A stretch of 64,000 nucleotides of DNA. It comes from a virus. The position numbers and the translations under genes are program-made. Where the stretch lies: positions 32,001-96,000 of the IMG/VR virus record IMGVR_UViG_3300028394_000041. The stretch is one strand, 5' to 3'. The notes under the pieces were generated by a model that saw only the letters and a list, made by a program, of their open reading frames with translations, had not been told where the DNA came from and searched no databases. Positions within the stretch are counted from its first letter, which is position 1. Every line of letters begins with the position of its first letter. Shown here in pieces: positions 1 to 9,193 of this stretch.

Positions 1-698
1 GATGTTCTAATGTAGAATACCTTCCATTAGCTTTTGATAAATATAACTTCAATAAAGTAGATAAGAAGTATTTTGATGACGATAGAATCGTATTTAATTT
101 AACTGGAAAATTAGAAAAAAGAAAACACCATTTAAAATTAATAAAAGCTTGGGCTAATAAATTTGGTAACAATAAGAAATATTCACTACAATGTTCCATA
201 TTTAATCCATTTTTAAAACCTGAAGATCAGACAGCTTTACTCTCGAATACTTTAGAAGGAAAGAACTATTTTAATATTTCTTTTTTGGGCTTTATGTCTC
301 AAAATAAGATTTATAATGATTATCTTAATAGCAGCGATATTATAATTGGATTAAGCGGTGGAGAAGGTTGGGGACTACCAGAATTTCATTCTGTAGCATT
401 AGGAAAACATGGAGTAATTATGAATGCTCACGGATATAAGTCTTGGGCAAATGAGGAAAATTCTATTTTAGTAAATCCTAACTGTAAAATAGATGCTTGT
501 GATAATGTATTTTTTCAGAGAAATCAACCATTTAATCAAGGAAATATCTACGACTTTAGCGAAGATGATTTTATCAGTGCTTGTGAAAAAGCTATAGAAA
601 AAGTAAGAATTTCTAAAGTCAATCAAGAAGGGTTAAAACTTCAAACAGAGTTTTCTTCTGAAAAATTCGCAGAGAATATATCTAAACTTGTAATTTAA
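1..698 (+). CDS. GT4-family (GT-B) glycosyltransferase, 5'-truncated by the window edge
   Basis: Frame is open from base 3 (CSNVEYLPLAF...FNLTGKLEKRKHH), upstream of the track start at 285. GT4 motifs GKxExRK and SGGEGWGLPEFHSVALGK. Confidence 0.8.
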   Translation, partial: CSNVEYLPLAFDKYNFNKVDKKYFDDDRIVFNLTGKLEKRKHHLKLIKAWANKFGNNKKYSLQCSIFNPFLKPEDQTALLSNTLEGKNYFNISFLGFMSQNKIYNDYLNSSDIIIGLSGGEGWGLPEFHSVALGKHGVIMNAHGYKSWANEENSILVNPNCKIDACDNVFFQRNQPFNQGNIYDFSEDDFISACEKAIEKVRISKVNQEGLKLQTEFSSEKFAENISKLVI

Positions 699-1045
699 TG
701 CCTTTTTATAGCTATATAAATCCAGAAACCGAAGAAGTAATAGATATTGTTCAATCTATTCATGAAGATCATTTTTATGTTGATAAAAATGGATTAAAAT
801 GGCATAGAGTTTTTACTGCACCAGAAATAAATACTCAAGGCCAGTTAAAAGCTACCTCTTCTCAAAAAGATTTTGTAGAATTTACTAAGAATAAAAAAGA
901 TAGCATGGGCGATTTGTGGGACAGAAGCGAAGAACTTTCAGAGAAAAGAAGAAAAATCTATGGTAAAGACCCAGTAAAAGAAAAGTATTACAAGGATTGG
1001 TCTAAGAAAAGAAAAGGCAAAGTACACCCAAAAAAAACTGATTGA
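698..1045 (+). CDS. FmdB-like small protein lacking the zinc-ribbon cysteines
   Basis: N-terminus MPFYSYINPETEEVIDIVQSI resembles FmdB-type MPxYxYxCxxCG but has no Cys. Start overlaps the upstream stop (TAATG). Confidence 0.5.
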   Translation: MPFYSYINPETEEVIDIVQSIHEDHFYVDKNGLKWHRVFTAPEINTQGQLKATSSQKDFVEFTKNKKDSMGDLWDRSEELSEKRRKIYGKDPVKEKYYKDWSKKRKGKVHPKKTD

Positions 1046-1124
1046 TTTTTCGTTTAACTTTTTTTTATTTTTCTTTATTTATTTTTAAAAACACTGTAAT
1101 ATAGAGCAATCACTACTCTATAAA

Positions 1125-3371
1125 ATGAACGTTAAAAAAAGAAACAACACTACTGAAAAATTTGATATAGAAAAAATTAACAAGGTAATTAATTGGGCTA
1201 TAGATGGATACAGCGGAGTAAGTTTAACAGACATAGAAATTAACGCTAAGATTAATATAACTGATGGAGTTCATACAAAAGAGATTCATAGTTTATTAAT
1301 TGAAAGTGCAGCAAATTTAATCTCCATAGAAAAACCAAACTATCAATATGTTGCAGCTAGGCTTCTTAATTATCAATTAAGAAAAGATGTTTGGAAGGGT
1401 AAACATGCTCCAAGACTTTCTGAATTTATAAATAATGGTTTAAAGAATAAAATCTATGACCCAATTATCTTAGAAAAATACACAGAAGATGAAATAAACA
1501 AACTAGGCGAAATTATAGATCACGAAAGAGACTTTATCTTTACCTATGCTGGTATAAAACAATTATGTGATAAATATTTAATAAAAAATAGAACTACTCA
1601 ACAGATTTATGAAACTCCACAATTTGCATATATATTAATTTCTGCATATGCATTTATTAATTATCCTACTGAAACTAGGTTGTCTTACGTTAGAAAATTT
1701 TACGATGCTATTAGTAAGCATAAGATAAATTTACCAACTCCAATCATGGCAGGAGTAAGAACTTCTAGTAAAAATTATGCAAGTTGTTGTTTAATTGGAG
1801 TAGACGATACAAGAGAAAGTATAACTGCTAGTGCTACTGCGGTTAGTATGGCTACAGCTAATAGATGTGGTATTGGAATTGATGTTAGCAAGATTAGAGC
1901 AATTGGCGCACCAATCAAAAACGGAGAAGTCGTTCATACTGGTTTAATTCCATTCTTAAAAATTTATGAGAGTAGCGTGAAAGCTTGGCAACAAAATGGT
2001 TTAAGAGGTGGAAGTGCTACTTGTAATATACAATGGTGGCATTATGAAATTGAAGATATTATTGTATTGAAAAATAACGCTGGAACAGATGATAATCGTG
2101 TTCGTAAACTTGATTATACAGTTGGGATGAGTAAATTATTTTATGATAGAGTTTTGAAAGACGAAGACGTAGTACTATTTAATACTGTTGAAGTACCAGA
2201 ACTTTATCAAGCTTGGGGAACAAAAGACTTTGATAAGATTTATAAAGAGTGTGAATCTAAAAAATTAAAAATTAAAAAGAAGATATCTGCCAGAAAATTA
2301 TTCTCTTTAATTATTAAAGAAAGAGTCGAAACTGGAAGAATTTATATTTTAAATGTAGATCATGCTAATAATCATGGCGCATGGTCTGATAAAGTCACCA
2401 TGAGTAATCTTTGCACAGAAGTCATCCATCCTACAATCCCACTTAACGATTACCATGATAAAGATGCAGAAATTGGTATGTGTATCCTTTCGGCTGTTAA
2501 TATGCTAGAAATAAAAAATTGGCAAGATTTAGAAAAAGTTTGTGATTTGATCGTAAGATTCCTTGAAGAAATTATAGATATTCAAGACTACTTTAATACT
2601 GCTGCTGAAAATTTTGCTAAAAAACGTAGAAGCCTTGGAGTTGGAATTACCAATCTCGCAGCTTTTCTTGCTAAAAATGAATTAAAATATAATTCAGATA
2701 AATCTCTTCCAGCAATAGATGAATGGATGGAACATTTTCAGTATTATCTTTTGAAAAGCAGTTGCCAGTTAGCTAAAGAAAAAGGCAAATGCGAAAAGTT
2801 TGAAAACACAAAATACTCTAAAGGTATCCTACCAATAGATACATATAAAGATAAAGTAGATGAATTAGTTAAAAGAAAACTGTCACTTGATTGGGAAAAG
2901 CTGAGAAAAGATATCAAAGAATTTGGCTTAAGGCATTCCACATTATCTTCTTGTATGCCTTGCGAGAGTAGTTCTGTAATTCAATCATCCACAAATGGAG
3001 TTGAACCTATTCGTAGTCTTATCACTTATAAAACCAGCAAAATGGGCAAGCTTCCAGTTATGGTTCCAGGAATTGGAAAGTATGATCATAATTATGAATT
3101 AGCTTTTGATTTTAAAGATAATTTAGGTTTATTGAAAATTAACGCAGTGATTCAAAAATATATTGATATGGCTATTTCTACTAATGTATACTATAATTAT
3201 AGTCATTATGATAACCATATATTACCAGATAGCAAAGTTATGAAAGAGATAATGTATGCTTATAGCCTTGGATTAATTAGTTTGTATTATAATAATACAG
3301 ACGATGGTGATAAAGAGCAGTCTATGACACAGAAAGAAGATGACTGCGCTAGTGGAGCTTGCAAATTATGA
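1125..3371 (+). CDS. nrdA: Ribonucleotide reductase class Ia alpha subunit with N-terminal ATP cone
   Basis: ATP cone MNVKKRN..EKFDIEKI, PTPIMAG, SCC, catalytic NLCTE, PCESSS, LYY, C-terminal CASGACKL. Confidence 0.97.
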   Translation: MNVKKRNNTTEKFDIEKINKVINWAIDGYSGVSLTDIEINAKINITDGVHTKEIHSLLIESAANLISIEKPNYQYVAARLLNYQLRKDVWKGKHAPRLSEFINNGLKNKIYDPIILEKYTEDEINKLGEIIDHERDFIFTYAGIKQLCDKYLIKNRTTQQIYETPQFAYILISAYAFINYPTETRLSYVRKFYDAISKHKINLPTPIMAGVRTSSKNYASCCLIGVDDTRESITASATAVSMATANRCGIGIDVSKIRAIGAPIKNGEVVHTGLIPFLKIYESSVKAWQQNGLRGGSATCNIQWWHYEIEDIIVLKNNAGTDDNRVRKLDYTVGMSKLFYDRVLKDEDVVLFNTVEVPELYQAWGTKDFDKIYKECESKKLKIKKKISARKLFSLIIKERVETGRIYILNVDHANNHGAWSDKVTMSNLCTEVIHPTIPLNDYHDKDAEIGMCILSAVNMLEIKNWQDLEKVCDLIVRFLEEIIDIQDYFNTAAENFAKKRRSLGVGITNLAAFLAKNELKYNSDKSLPAIDEWMEHFQYYLLKSSCQLAKEKGKCEKFENTKYSKGILPIDTYKDKVDELVKRKLSLDWEKLRKDIKEFGLRHSTLSSCMPCESSSVIQSSTNGVEPIRSLITYKTSKMGKLPVMVPGIGKYDHNYELAFDFKDNLGLLKINAVIQKYIDMAISTNVYYNYSHYDNHILPDSKVMKEIMYAYSLGLISLYYNNTDDGDKEQSMTQKEDDCASGACKL

Positions 3372-4432
3372 AAAGTGTATTAAATTTTAAAAATATAGAT
3401 TTTACTAAACAGCCATTGTTTCTTGGTGAAGATTTAAATTTACAAAGATACGATAGGTTTAAATATCCAATATTTTTCGAGTTATTCAAAAAACAAAATG
3501 AAAACTTTTGGTGGCCTCACGAAATAGCTTTAGGAAAAGATAGAAGCGATTATAAGAATTTAACTGATACAGAAAGGTTTGTATTTGATAGTAATTTAAG
3601 ATTTCAAACTCTTGGGGACAGTATGCTTTCTAGAAGTATTCATAGCCTTAAAGATTATGTAAGTAATCCAGAGCTTGAAATTTGTATGAATACTTGGGCT
3701 CAATTTGAAGGTATCCATAGTTATTCTTATTCTTATCTTTTGAATAATGTTCATCCAGATCCTACAAAATTTTTTGATAGCATAATGGAAGATAAAGAAA
3801 TAACAAGTCGCGCTCAATTAATTAGAGATAATTTTGATAAAATTCTTGGTAGCGATGATAAGAAAGACCCTAAACAAAAGATTTTTGATGCGATTCTTTC
3901 TATTAATGTAATGGAAGGTCTTGTGTTTTATGTTTCTTTTGCTTGTTCATTCTATTTTGGATATCGTGGTAAAATGGAAGGTAATTCTAAAATTATAAAA
4001 TTCATTCAAAGAGATGAGGCTTTACATTTTGCCGTGTCTCAAAATCTATTAAAGATACTTCGTGATGAAGATAAAGAGGGTTTTACTTCTCTCGTAAAGA
4101 AAAATGAAGATAAGATCTACGCTTTCTATGAGCAGGCAGCAAAGAATGAAAGTGAGTGGTCTAAGTATCTCTTCAGTAATGGCAGTTTACTTGGATTAAA
4201 TGCTGATGTCCTAGATGGCTACTCTAAGTGGCTTTGTGATAGTAGATTAAGAAGTTTAGGATACAAGAAGATATTTAATCAAAAAGATAATCCTATTGCT
4301 GGTTGGCATGATAGTTACTTAGATAGTAGTAAAGTACAAGTTGCACCACAAGAAACAGAGATATCAAGTTATAAAGTAGGAGCAAGGAAAACTGATATTG
4401 AAGACAAAGATTTCTCTGATTTAAAACTATAA
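3368..4432 (+). CDS. nrdB: Ribonucleotide reductase class Ia beta subunit
   Basis: FWWPHEI, QTLGDS, EGIHSYSY (radical Tyr), MEGLVFY.SFA, RDEALH, VAPQETE. ATG at 3368 overlaps the nrdA stop (ATGA). Confidence 0.97.
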   Translation: MKSVLNFKNIDFTKQPLFLGEDLNLQRYDRFKYPIFFELFKKQNENFWWPHEIALGKDRSDYKNLTDTERFVFDSNLRFQTLGDSMLSRSIHSLKDYVSNPELEICMNTWAQFEGIHSYSYSYLLNNVHPDPTKFFDSIMEDKEITSRAQLIRDNFDKILGSDDKKDPKQKIFDAILSINVMEGLVFYVSFACSFYFGYRGKMEGNSKIIKFIQRDEALHFAVSQNLLKILRDEDKEGFTSLVKKNEDKIYAFYEQAAKNESEWSKYLFSNGSLLGLNADVLDGYSKWLCDSRLRSLGYKKIFNQKDNPIAGWHDSYLDSSKVQVAPQETEISSYKVGARKTDIEDKDFSDLKL

Positions 4433-4445
4433 TAGTATATATAAT

Positions 4446-4451
4446 GTGTAA
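4446..4451 (+). promoter_or_regulatory. GTGTAA phage promoter-like element
   Basis: GTGTAA 8 nt before the GTG start at 4460. The same motif recurs before many genes. Confidence 0.6.
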
Positions 4452-4459
4452 TTATCTAT

Positions 4460-4789
4460 GTGAATTTAGATATTACAATTATATTTAATTTGGTCTTAGG
4501 AGCACTTTCTTTTCTAGGAGGATGGCTATTTACTAGAGTATTTTCTCTTTTTGATAAACAAGAGAACTTAATGAAAGATATAAACGATAAGACGTTTAGT
4601 GATTTTATTACTTTAAGAAGAGAATTAGAAGTCGAATCTAGAAAACATCAGCAAGAGTTAGCGGATTTAGCATTAAAAGTTAGCACAACATACATGACCA
4701 AAGAATCTTTTGAAGTCTATTTTGATAGAATTGAAGCTAAGTTAGATCGTAATTTTGATATAGTACAAAGTCATTTAAATAAAAAATAA
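4460..4789 (+). CDS. Small membrane protein (N-terminal TM helix plus coiled coil); holin-like possibility
   Basis: Hydrophobic IIFNLVLGALSFLGGWLF followed by a charged coiled-coil segment. Confidence 0.55.
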   Translation: MNLDITIIFNLVLGALSFLGGWLFTRVFSLFDKQENLMKDINDKTFSDFITLRRELEVESRKHQQELADLALKVSTTYMTKESFEVYFDRIEAKLDRNFDIVQSHLNKK

Positions 4790-4807
4790 ATTCAATATTG
4801 CAATCTT

Positions 4808-5458
4808 TTAACGATTAAAATATTTTTTCATATCATTATAACACCATGAAAGCATTAAGCTTTCTTTTGTTTTTAAATTTTCACTATAAACTTTATGAAG
4901 ATATTCTATTTCATCTATAGTTTTTCTATATAAAGTCGGCCAAATATCAAAAAAGATAGTATCAAATTTTTCTTTTAGCTCTCTATAATATGTAAAAGCA
5001 TCACCATGTACGATTGAGACTTTATTATGGATGTCTCTTTCTTTTATATACGGAGATATTAATTCAATTAACTCTTTATCGAGTTCTACTATTTTTATAG
5101 AATTTACAGTAGGATCATCTAGTAATGGAAATATAACTATACCTAATCCTAAACCAAAATTCAAAATGTCTCCATAAGATTGATCTAAAAAATCTTTACA
5201 TGAAACAATCTCACTAGCATGACTAGACATCATTGTTCCGTACTCTTTATGTACTAAAGCTATATAATCTTTTCCAATATCTTGTTCACTTTCTTTTCTA
5301 TATATCCAATGAAGAGGATATAAATCTTTATCTTTAGGATCTTCTTTTGGTGTCCAATAATCATGGTCTTTTTTTCCCCAAGTAGCTTTTATTAATTTAA
5401 AATTCTTAATTTCAGCATTTGAAGGATATATATTATTTATATCTATTACTTCTCTCAT
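4808..5458 (-). CDS. Class I SAM-dependent methyltransferase (spermidine-synthase-like fold)
   Basis: ILNFGLGLG (motif I), IKIVELDKELI, IVHGDAF, FDTIFFDIW. Confidence 0.75.
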   Translation of the reverse strand: MREVIDINNIYPSNAEIKNFKLIKATWGKKDHDYWTPKEDPKDKDLYPLHWIYRKESEQDIGKDYIALVHKEYGTMMSSHASEIVSCKDFLDQSYGDILNFGLGLGIVIFPLLDDPTVNSIKIVELDKELIELISPYIKERDIHNKVSIVHGDAFTYYRELKEKFDTIFFDIWPTLYRKTIDEIEYLHKVYSENLKTKESLMLSWCYNDMKKYFNR

Positions 5459-5560
5459 AATATTAACTTTTCTTTGATATCCAAAAGGGCTTTACCTCCA
5501 TATGAAATATATTATATGAAGTTTTTATTTATCAATCCAACTTTTCTTTTGACTCCAAAT

Positions 5561-5776
5561 TTTACCGCTATCTCAGCAGTAAACGGGCCATCGCACTTAC
5601 GGATCAGAGGTAGCTTCGATCACTACATTCTGCGATGCCTATAGCTACATTCCCTTTATTAGCCATATAATGTACATATAAAGGTTTTAATAGTTGTCAG
5701 CCCTTATGACATTGCTATCTCAAGGGATTGATAGTTGATTGTTTGACATCAACAAACTGCTCTAATTGGGAACTAT
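5561..5776 (-). ncRNA. Unidentified structured non-coding RNA (~215 nt)
   Basis: GC-enriched ORF-free interval with several helices, a GCAA tetraloop and G-U pairs that favour the minus strand. Sits directly downstream of a sigma70-like promoter. Confidence 0.65.
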
Positions 5777-5784
5777 GTTGATTT

Positions 5785-5813
5785 ATATTACGATATTTTT
5801 GTCATTTTGTCAA
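5785..5813 (-). promoter_or_regulatory. sigma70-type promoter for the structured RNA
   Basis: Minus strand TTGACA (5813-5808), 17-nt spacer, TAATAT (5790-5785). The first RNA helix begins 8 nt downstream. Confidence 0.7.
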
Positions 5814-5835
5814 ATTTTATTGATAATAAATAGAA

Positions 5836-6045
5836 ATGGAAATTATAAAAAATAAAGCCAGATGGATTGTTTACTCAAGTAAATGTGCAAAATATTATAA
5901 TATATATGATGAGAATGTTTATGACCTACCAAATGAATATCCATGCATCGCTATCCCTCAAATAATTTCAGATATTAACGGCAAAAGAATTAAATTTAAT
6001 TTTATTTACAAAAAAGATTGTCAAAAATTATTAAAAAATGTATAA
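5836..6045 (+). CDS. Hypothetical protein
   Basis: 69-aa ATG ORF filling the gap between the two RNA genes. Confidence 0.55.
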   Translation: MEIIKNKARWIVYSSKCAKYYNIYDENVYDLPNEYPCIAIPQIISDINGKRIKFNFIYKKDCQKLLKNV

Positions 6046-6046
6046 T
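6018..6046 (+). promoter_or_regulatory. sigma70-type promoter for tmRNA
   Basis: TTGTCA (6018-6023), N17, TATAAT (6041-6046), about 30 nt upstream of the mature tmRNA 5' end. Confidence 0.65.
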
Positions 6047-6076
6047 ATATTTATCGTAAGATAGTTCTTTCTCATT

Positions 6077-6462
6077 GGGCGCGTAATGGTTTCGATTTTA
6101 AAAAATGGAATTAAAATGCAAGTAGAGGTTAAAACGGGTCTCTTTAAAAAGTTTTAATTATATTAACTGCCAAAACAGCAAAATATAAAGGTCATCTTTC
6201 AGCAAGAGTTTCTCTTGTTGAAGAGGCCGCTTCTGTAGCTTAAGTTACAGCGTGATACCCTTGATGCATCTATTGGGATATTGCGTAATTAGATGTCTTA
6301 TTATTAATAGTTTGTTTATCCTATTTATATTGAGTATTAAAGATAAAATCGCCTTAGCGTACTTGTTGTTTATAGGCATAAGGTTAAAAACAGAAACAAC
6401 TAAACTTGTAGTATTTTGATCGCCTTATTTAAAAGACGAGAGTTCGATTCTCTCCGCGTCCA
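6077..6462 (+). ncRNA. ssrA: tmRNA (transfer-messenger RNA), tag ORF 6169-6243
   Basis: 5' GGGCGCGTAATGGTTTCGA and 3' GACGAGAGTTCGATTCTCTCCGCGTCCA. These form a 7-bp Ala acceptor stem with G3-U70, a T-arm and discriminator A. TTAACT-GCC resume context; tag AKTAKYKGHLSARVSLVEEAASVA*; stop codon in the loop of hairpin CTGTAGC-TTAA-GTTACAG. CCA is not encoded. Confidence 0.95.
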
Positions 6463-6490
6463 ATTTTAAAGATTTTTACTTAATTTTTAT

Positions 6491-6496
6491 GTGTAA
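6491..6496 (+). promoter_or_regulatory. GTGTAA phage promoter-like element
   Basis: GTGTAA 9 nt before ATG 6506, preceded by a T-run. Confidence 0.6.
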
Positions 6497-6505
6497 ACAA
6501 AGAAT

Positions 6506-8437
6506 ATGATAGAAACACTATTTGCTGGAATTAATGGATTTCCTAAAATACCTGGAAAGAAAAATTATTACAACTCAGAAGCCGAAAATAATTGCGAAGT
6601 CAAAATTGGAAAAGGCGATGATTTAGAATTAACCTATGAAAATGGATTTTCTCCCTCTTTTGAAGAGACTAATGTAGCCAAAGCCGATCCAGCATCAGTA
6701 ATTTCTTGTGACGGTTACGGAAGTTGGACATATAATCTATTAATTCCCAAAAATTTTGTTTCTGAGTTTATCTATCAAAGGCAAGGAAGCAACCCAAGGT
6801 CATCAGACATATTGGCCATGATTGAACCACTATATGTTATTTATAAGAATGAAATTAATTCTGACAAATTAGTTAGTTTTCTTCCTTGGATTGTTAAACA
6901 AATTAATGCATACTCTGCAAAAAGTTTTAAAAGTATATATATAAAAAGCTATACCCTTCCAACTATTAGAAAAATTACATACTTAAATCAAGCGCAAACA
7001 ATAACAGCAAACACAGACCAAGGAACTCAATTCGGCATTAGTTCCTCAAAATATGGACTCAGACAAAATTTAAGTTTTGTTGATAAAACTGAAGAATTTT
7101 ACAGATTAGCTATTGATGTAAAAACAGATCCAAACGTTTTTGCAGCAAACAAAAATAGAACAGATTTGACTATAAATAATTTTGATATACATGCAATGAG
7201 AATAGATAATTTTTATGTAGTACATTCAAAAGTAAAAGATGATCATCAACCGAGCTTAACAAAAACTTTAAGTGGTCAAACTATTGCCGCTTCTGATAAA
7301 ATAGTTAAGGCAAATCATTTATTATTTAATAATTCAATAGTTAATTTTTCAAAAATAAGACAAACAAATGGAAATCCTCCTTCAGGATCAGAACCATTAA
7401 AAGAATTAATCAATTATTATGTTGTTAACGCTACAGCAGATGATTTTCAAGTATCTTTAACTCCAAGTGGAACTCCAGTAAATATAGGCTTACAATATAA
7501 TGTTACATTCATAACTGAAGCAAGTCTCCCTTTAACAGTTAGCAACTATTTGACTTTCAAAGTTAATTTTGGAACATCAAAATTATACAAAGTTCCGACC
7601 TTAAGAAATTTCACAAAAAGAGAAGACGTTAATAAAATTGATAGAAGTCTCTCTCTTAAACAATCTTTAAATAAATTTAAAGAACAAAACTCAATTCAAG
7701 TAGCTCAAACTGGTGATATATATTATAGTCAAGGAATGATTCCATTGAGTGTTTCTGGATATGCGTTTACAGGAAACACAATTAATTGGATGCAAAATAA
7801 TATAGTTGACCTTAGACCTCAATATTTAAATAGCGGGCTGTTTGATAGCAGAAAAACAGGAGATGGAAACGTAATTCAAGCAGGAACAGTAAGCACATAT
7901 TTCAGATTAAAAAACGACGCCACTGCCTTTCAAAATGAAACTCTATCTGTAAAATATTACAGTATAACTGGAAATTCTGGAATATTTAAATCTATAAATG
8001 AAACAGGATTTTTCAAGAATAATTCTGGAGATGCAACTTACAAGAGCGGAGTTTATACAAAGTTCTATCAAGATATTCAAGATTATCTTTCTGAGAATTA
8101 TGGCTATTTAACAGATAAAGTTTATGCCTCAACACAAAATCATCCAAACTTCTTTATATATAATGAAGCAGCAAAACAAAGAAATGGATTTTACGGTGGA
8201 ATAAATCACTTTTATTTAGAGAGTGGTTTTACTTTTATATTACCAGCTAATTTTTATTTATTCGCTCACACAGCGCCATTAGATCAAAGCACATATACTG
8301 CTAAAATTACAGGAATATCATTAGTATCATCAGATGCATTCAAACAAAATGTAGGAGATATTCTAAAACTAGGAATAACAACAAATTCAAAGTGGAAACT
8401 AAATCCAGATACAAAAGTATATGATAAATCAAGTTAA
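6506..8437 (+). CDS. Probable virion structural/accessory protein
   Basis: 643 aa, rich in S/T/G/N. Contains NHLL..NSIVNF...YYVVNATADDFQVSLTPSGTPVNI, a beta module common in phage virion proteins. Preceded by GTGTAA. Confidence 0.55.
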   Translation: MIETLFAGINGFPKIPGKKNYYNSEAENNCEVKIGKGDDLELTYENGFSPSFEETNVAKADPASVISCDGYGSWTYNLLIPKNFVSEFIYQRQGSNPRSSDILAMIEPLYVIYKNEINSDKLVSFLPWIVKQINAYSAKSFKSIYIKSYTLPTIRKITYLNQAQTITANTDQGTQFGISSSKYGLRQNLSFVDKTEEFYRLAIDVKTDPNVFAANKNRTDLTINNFDIHAMRIDNFYVVHSKVKDDHQPSLTKTLSGQTIAASDKIVKANHLLFNNSIVNFSKIRQTNGNPPSGSEPLKELINYYVVNATADDFQVSLTPSGTPVNIGLQYNVTFITEASLPLTVSNYLTFKVNFGTSKLYKVPTLRNFTKREDVNKIDRSLSLKQSLNKFKEQNSIQVAQTGDIYYSQGMIPLSVSGYAFTGNTINWMQNNIVDLRPQYLNSGLFDSRKTGDGNVIQAGTVSTYFRLKNDATAFQNETLSVKYYSITGNSGIFKSINETGFFKNNSGDATYKSGVYTKFYQDIQDYLSENYGYLTDKVYASTQNHPNFFIYNEAAKQRNGFYGGINHFYLESGFTFILPANFYLFAHTAPLDQSTYTAKITGISLVSSDAFKQNVGDILKLGITTNSKWKLNPDTKVYDKSS

Positions 8438-8510
8438 CGAACCTCAACCACAATGCCCTAGTCCAGCGCCTAGAGGCGCACCGCAAAATCCAGTAGAGAC
8501 TGGAGTATAA
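8421..8510 (+). CDS. Small Pro-rich ORF (29 aa), not in the track
   Basis: MINQVNEPQPQCPSPAPRGAPQNPVETGV*. It overlaps the upstream gene end, stops 1 nt before ATG 8512 and fills the gap exactly. Confidence 0.45.
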   Translation: MINQVNEPQPQCPSPAPRGAPQNPVETGV

Positions 8511-8511
8511 T

Positions 8512-9159
8512 ATGGGAGACGGAGGATGGGGTCCAGATGGCGAGCTACCTGATGGTCCTGGAAAAGTAGATCCAAGGCCAGAACCAGCATTTCCAACAAA
8601 CAGAGATCCAAAGGAAAACGCCAAAAACGACAGAGACGAAGCAGCTGAAGATGCCATGGATGAAGCTAATGGAAGAAACCAAGATACTGGTCCAAGCCCA
8701 GGAGAAATTATAGGTTATATTGCTATTGCGGGGGCTATTGCAGCACCTTTTATTGGCCCACTCCTGCCAAAAGCACCTGCTTCTCCCCCGACGACTGCTC
8801 CAGATAAAGCTCCAGATAAAGATGCAGAACCAGCAAGTCCTGCACCAAAATCGCCAGGCACAACAACTCCAGCACAACCTGCTCCAGCCACCCCTAAACC
8901 AGATCCAGTTCCTGTTCCATCACCCAAACCAGCTCCAGATCCTGAAACTGGTAAGCCACCACCAAAATGTTGGGTAGCAAGAGAAGTTTACGGTTACAAC
9001 AATCCTTCGTGGTTGCTATTCAGAGACTACTTAGACTTTTCTGCCCCAACATGGTTTAAGAAATTTTACATTTCCTACGGAGAAAAAATTGCAGAGTTCA
9101 TCAAAGACAAACCGTTTCTTAAGAATCTAATCAAAGTTTGGATGGATACAAAAATTTAA
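8512..9159 (+). CDS. Pro-rich membrane protein with C-terminal CWVAREVYG domain (paralog 1)
   Basis: Acidic N-terminus, TM segment IIGYIAIAGAIAAPFIGPLL, P/A/T-rich linker, ~62-aa terminal domain CWVAREVYG...WMDTKI resembling CFI-box-CTERM-like domains. Confidence 0.75.
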   Translation: MGDGGWGPDGELPDGPGKVDPRPEPAFPTNRDPKENAKNDRDEAAEDAMDEANGRNQDTGPSPGEIIGYIAIAGAIAAPFIGPLLPKAPASPPTTAPDKAPDKDAEPASPAPKSPGTTTPAQPAPATPKPDPVPVPSPKPAPDPETGKPPPKCWVAREVYGYNNPSWLLFRDYLDFSAPTWFKKFYISYGEKIAEFIKDKPFLKNLIKVWMDTKI

Positions 9160-9193
9160 GTGTAAATCTCTGGTATGAAAGAGAGACTATAAT

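Noticed and set aside
5561-5776. Cobalamin riboswitch, RNase P, SRP or 6S identity for the structured RNA
   Set aside because: It has AAAGGGAA but lacks the rest of the B12 consensus. It also lacks GAGGAAAGUCC, the SRP GGAA/GCAG loop and the single long 6S hairpin.
6431-6462. Stand-alone tRNA
   Set aside because: The T-arm and acceptor strand pair with 6077-6083 and belong to the tmRNA; no anticodon arm is present.
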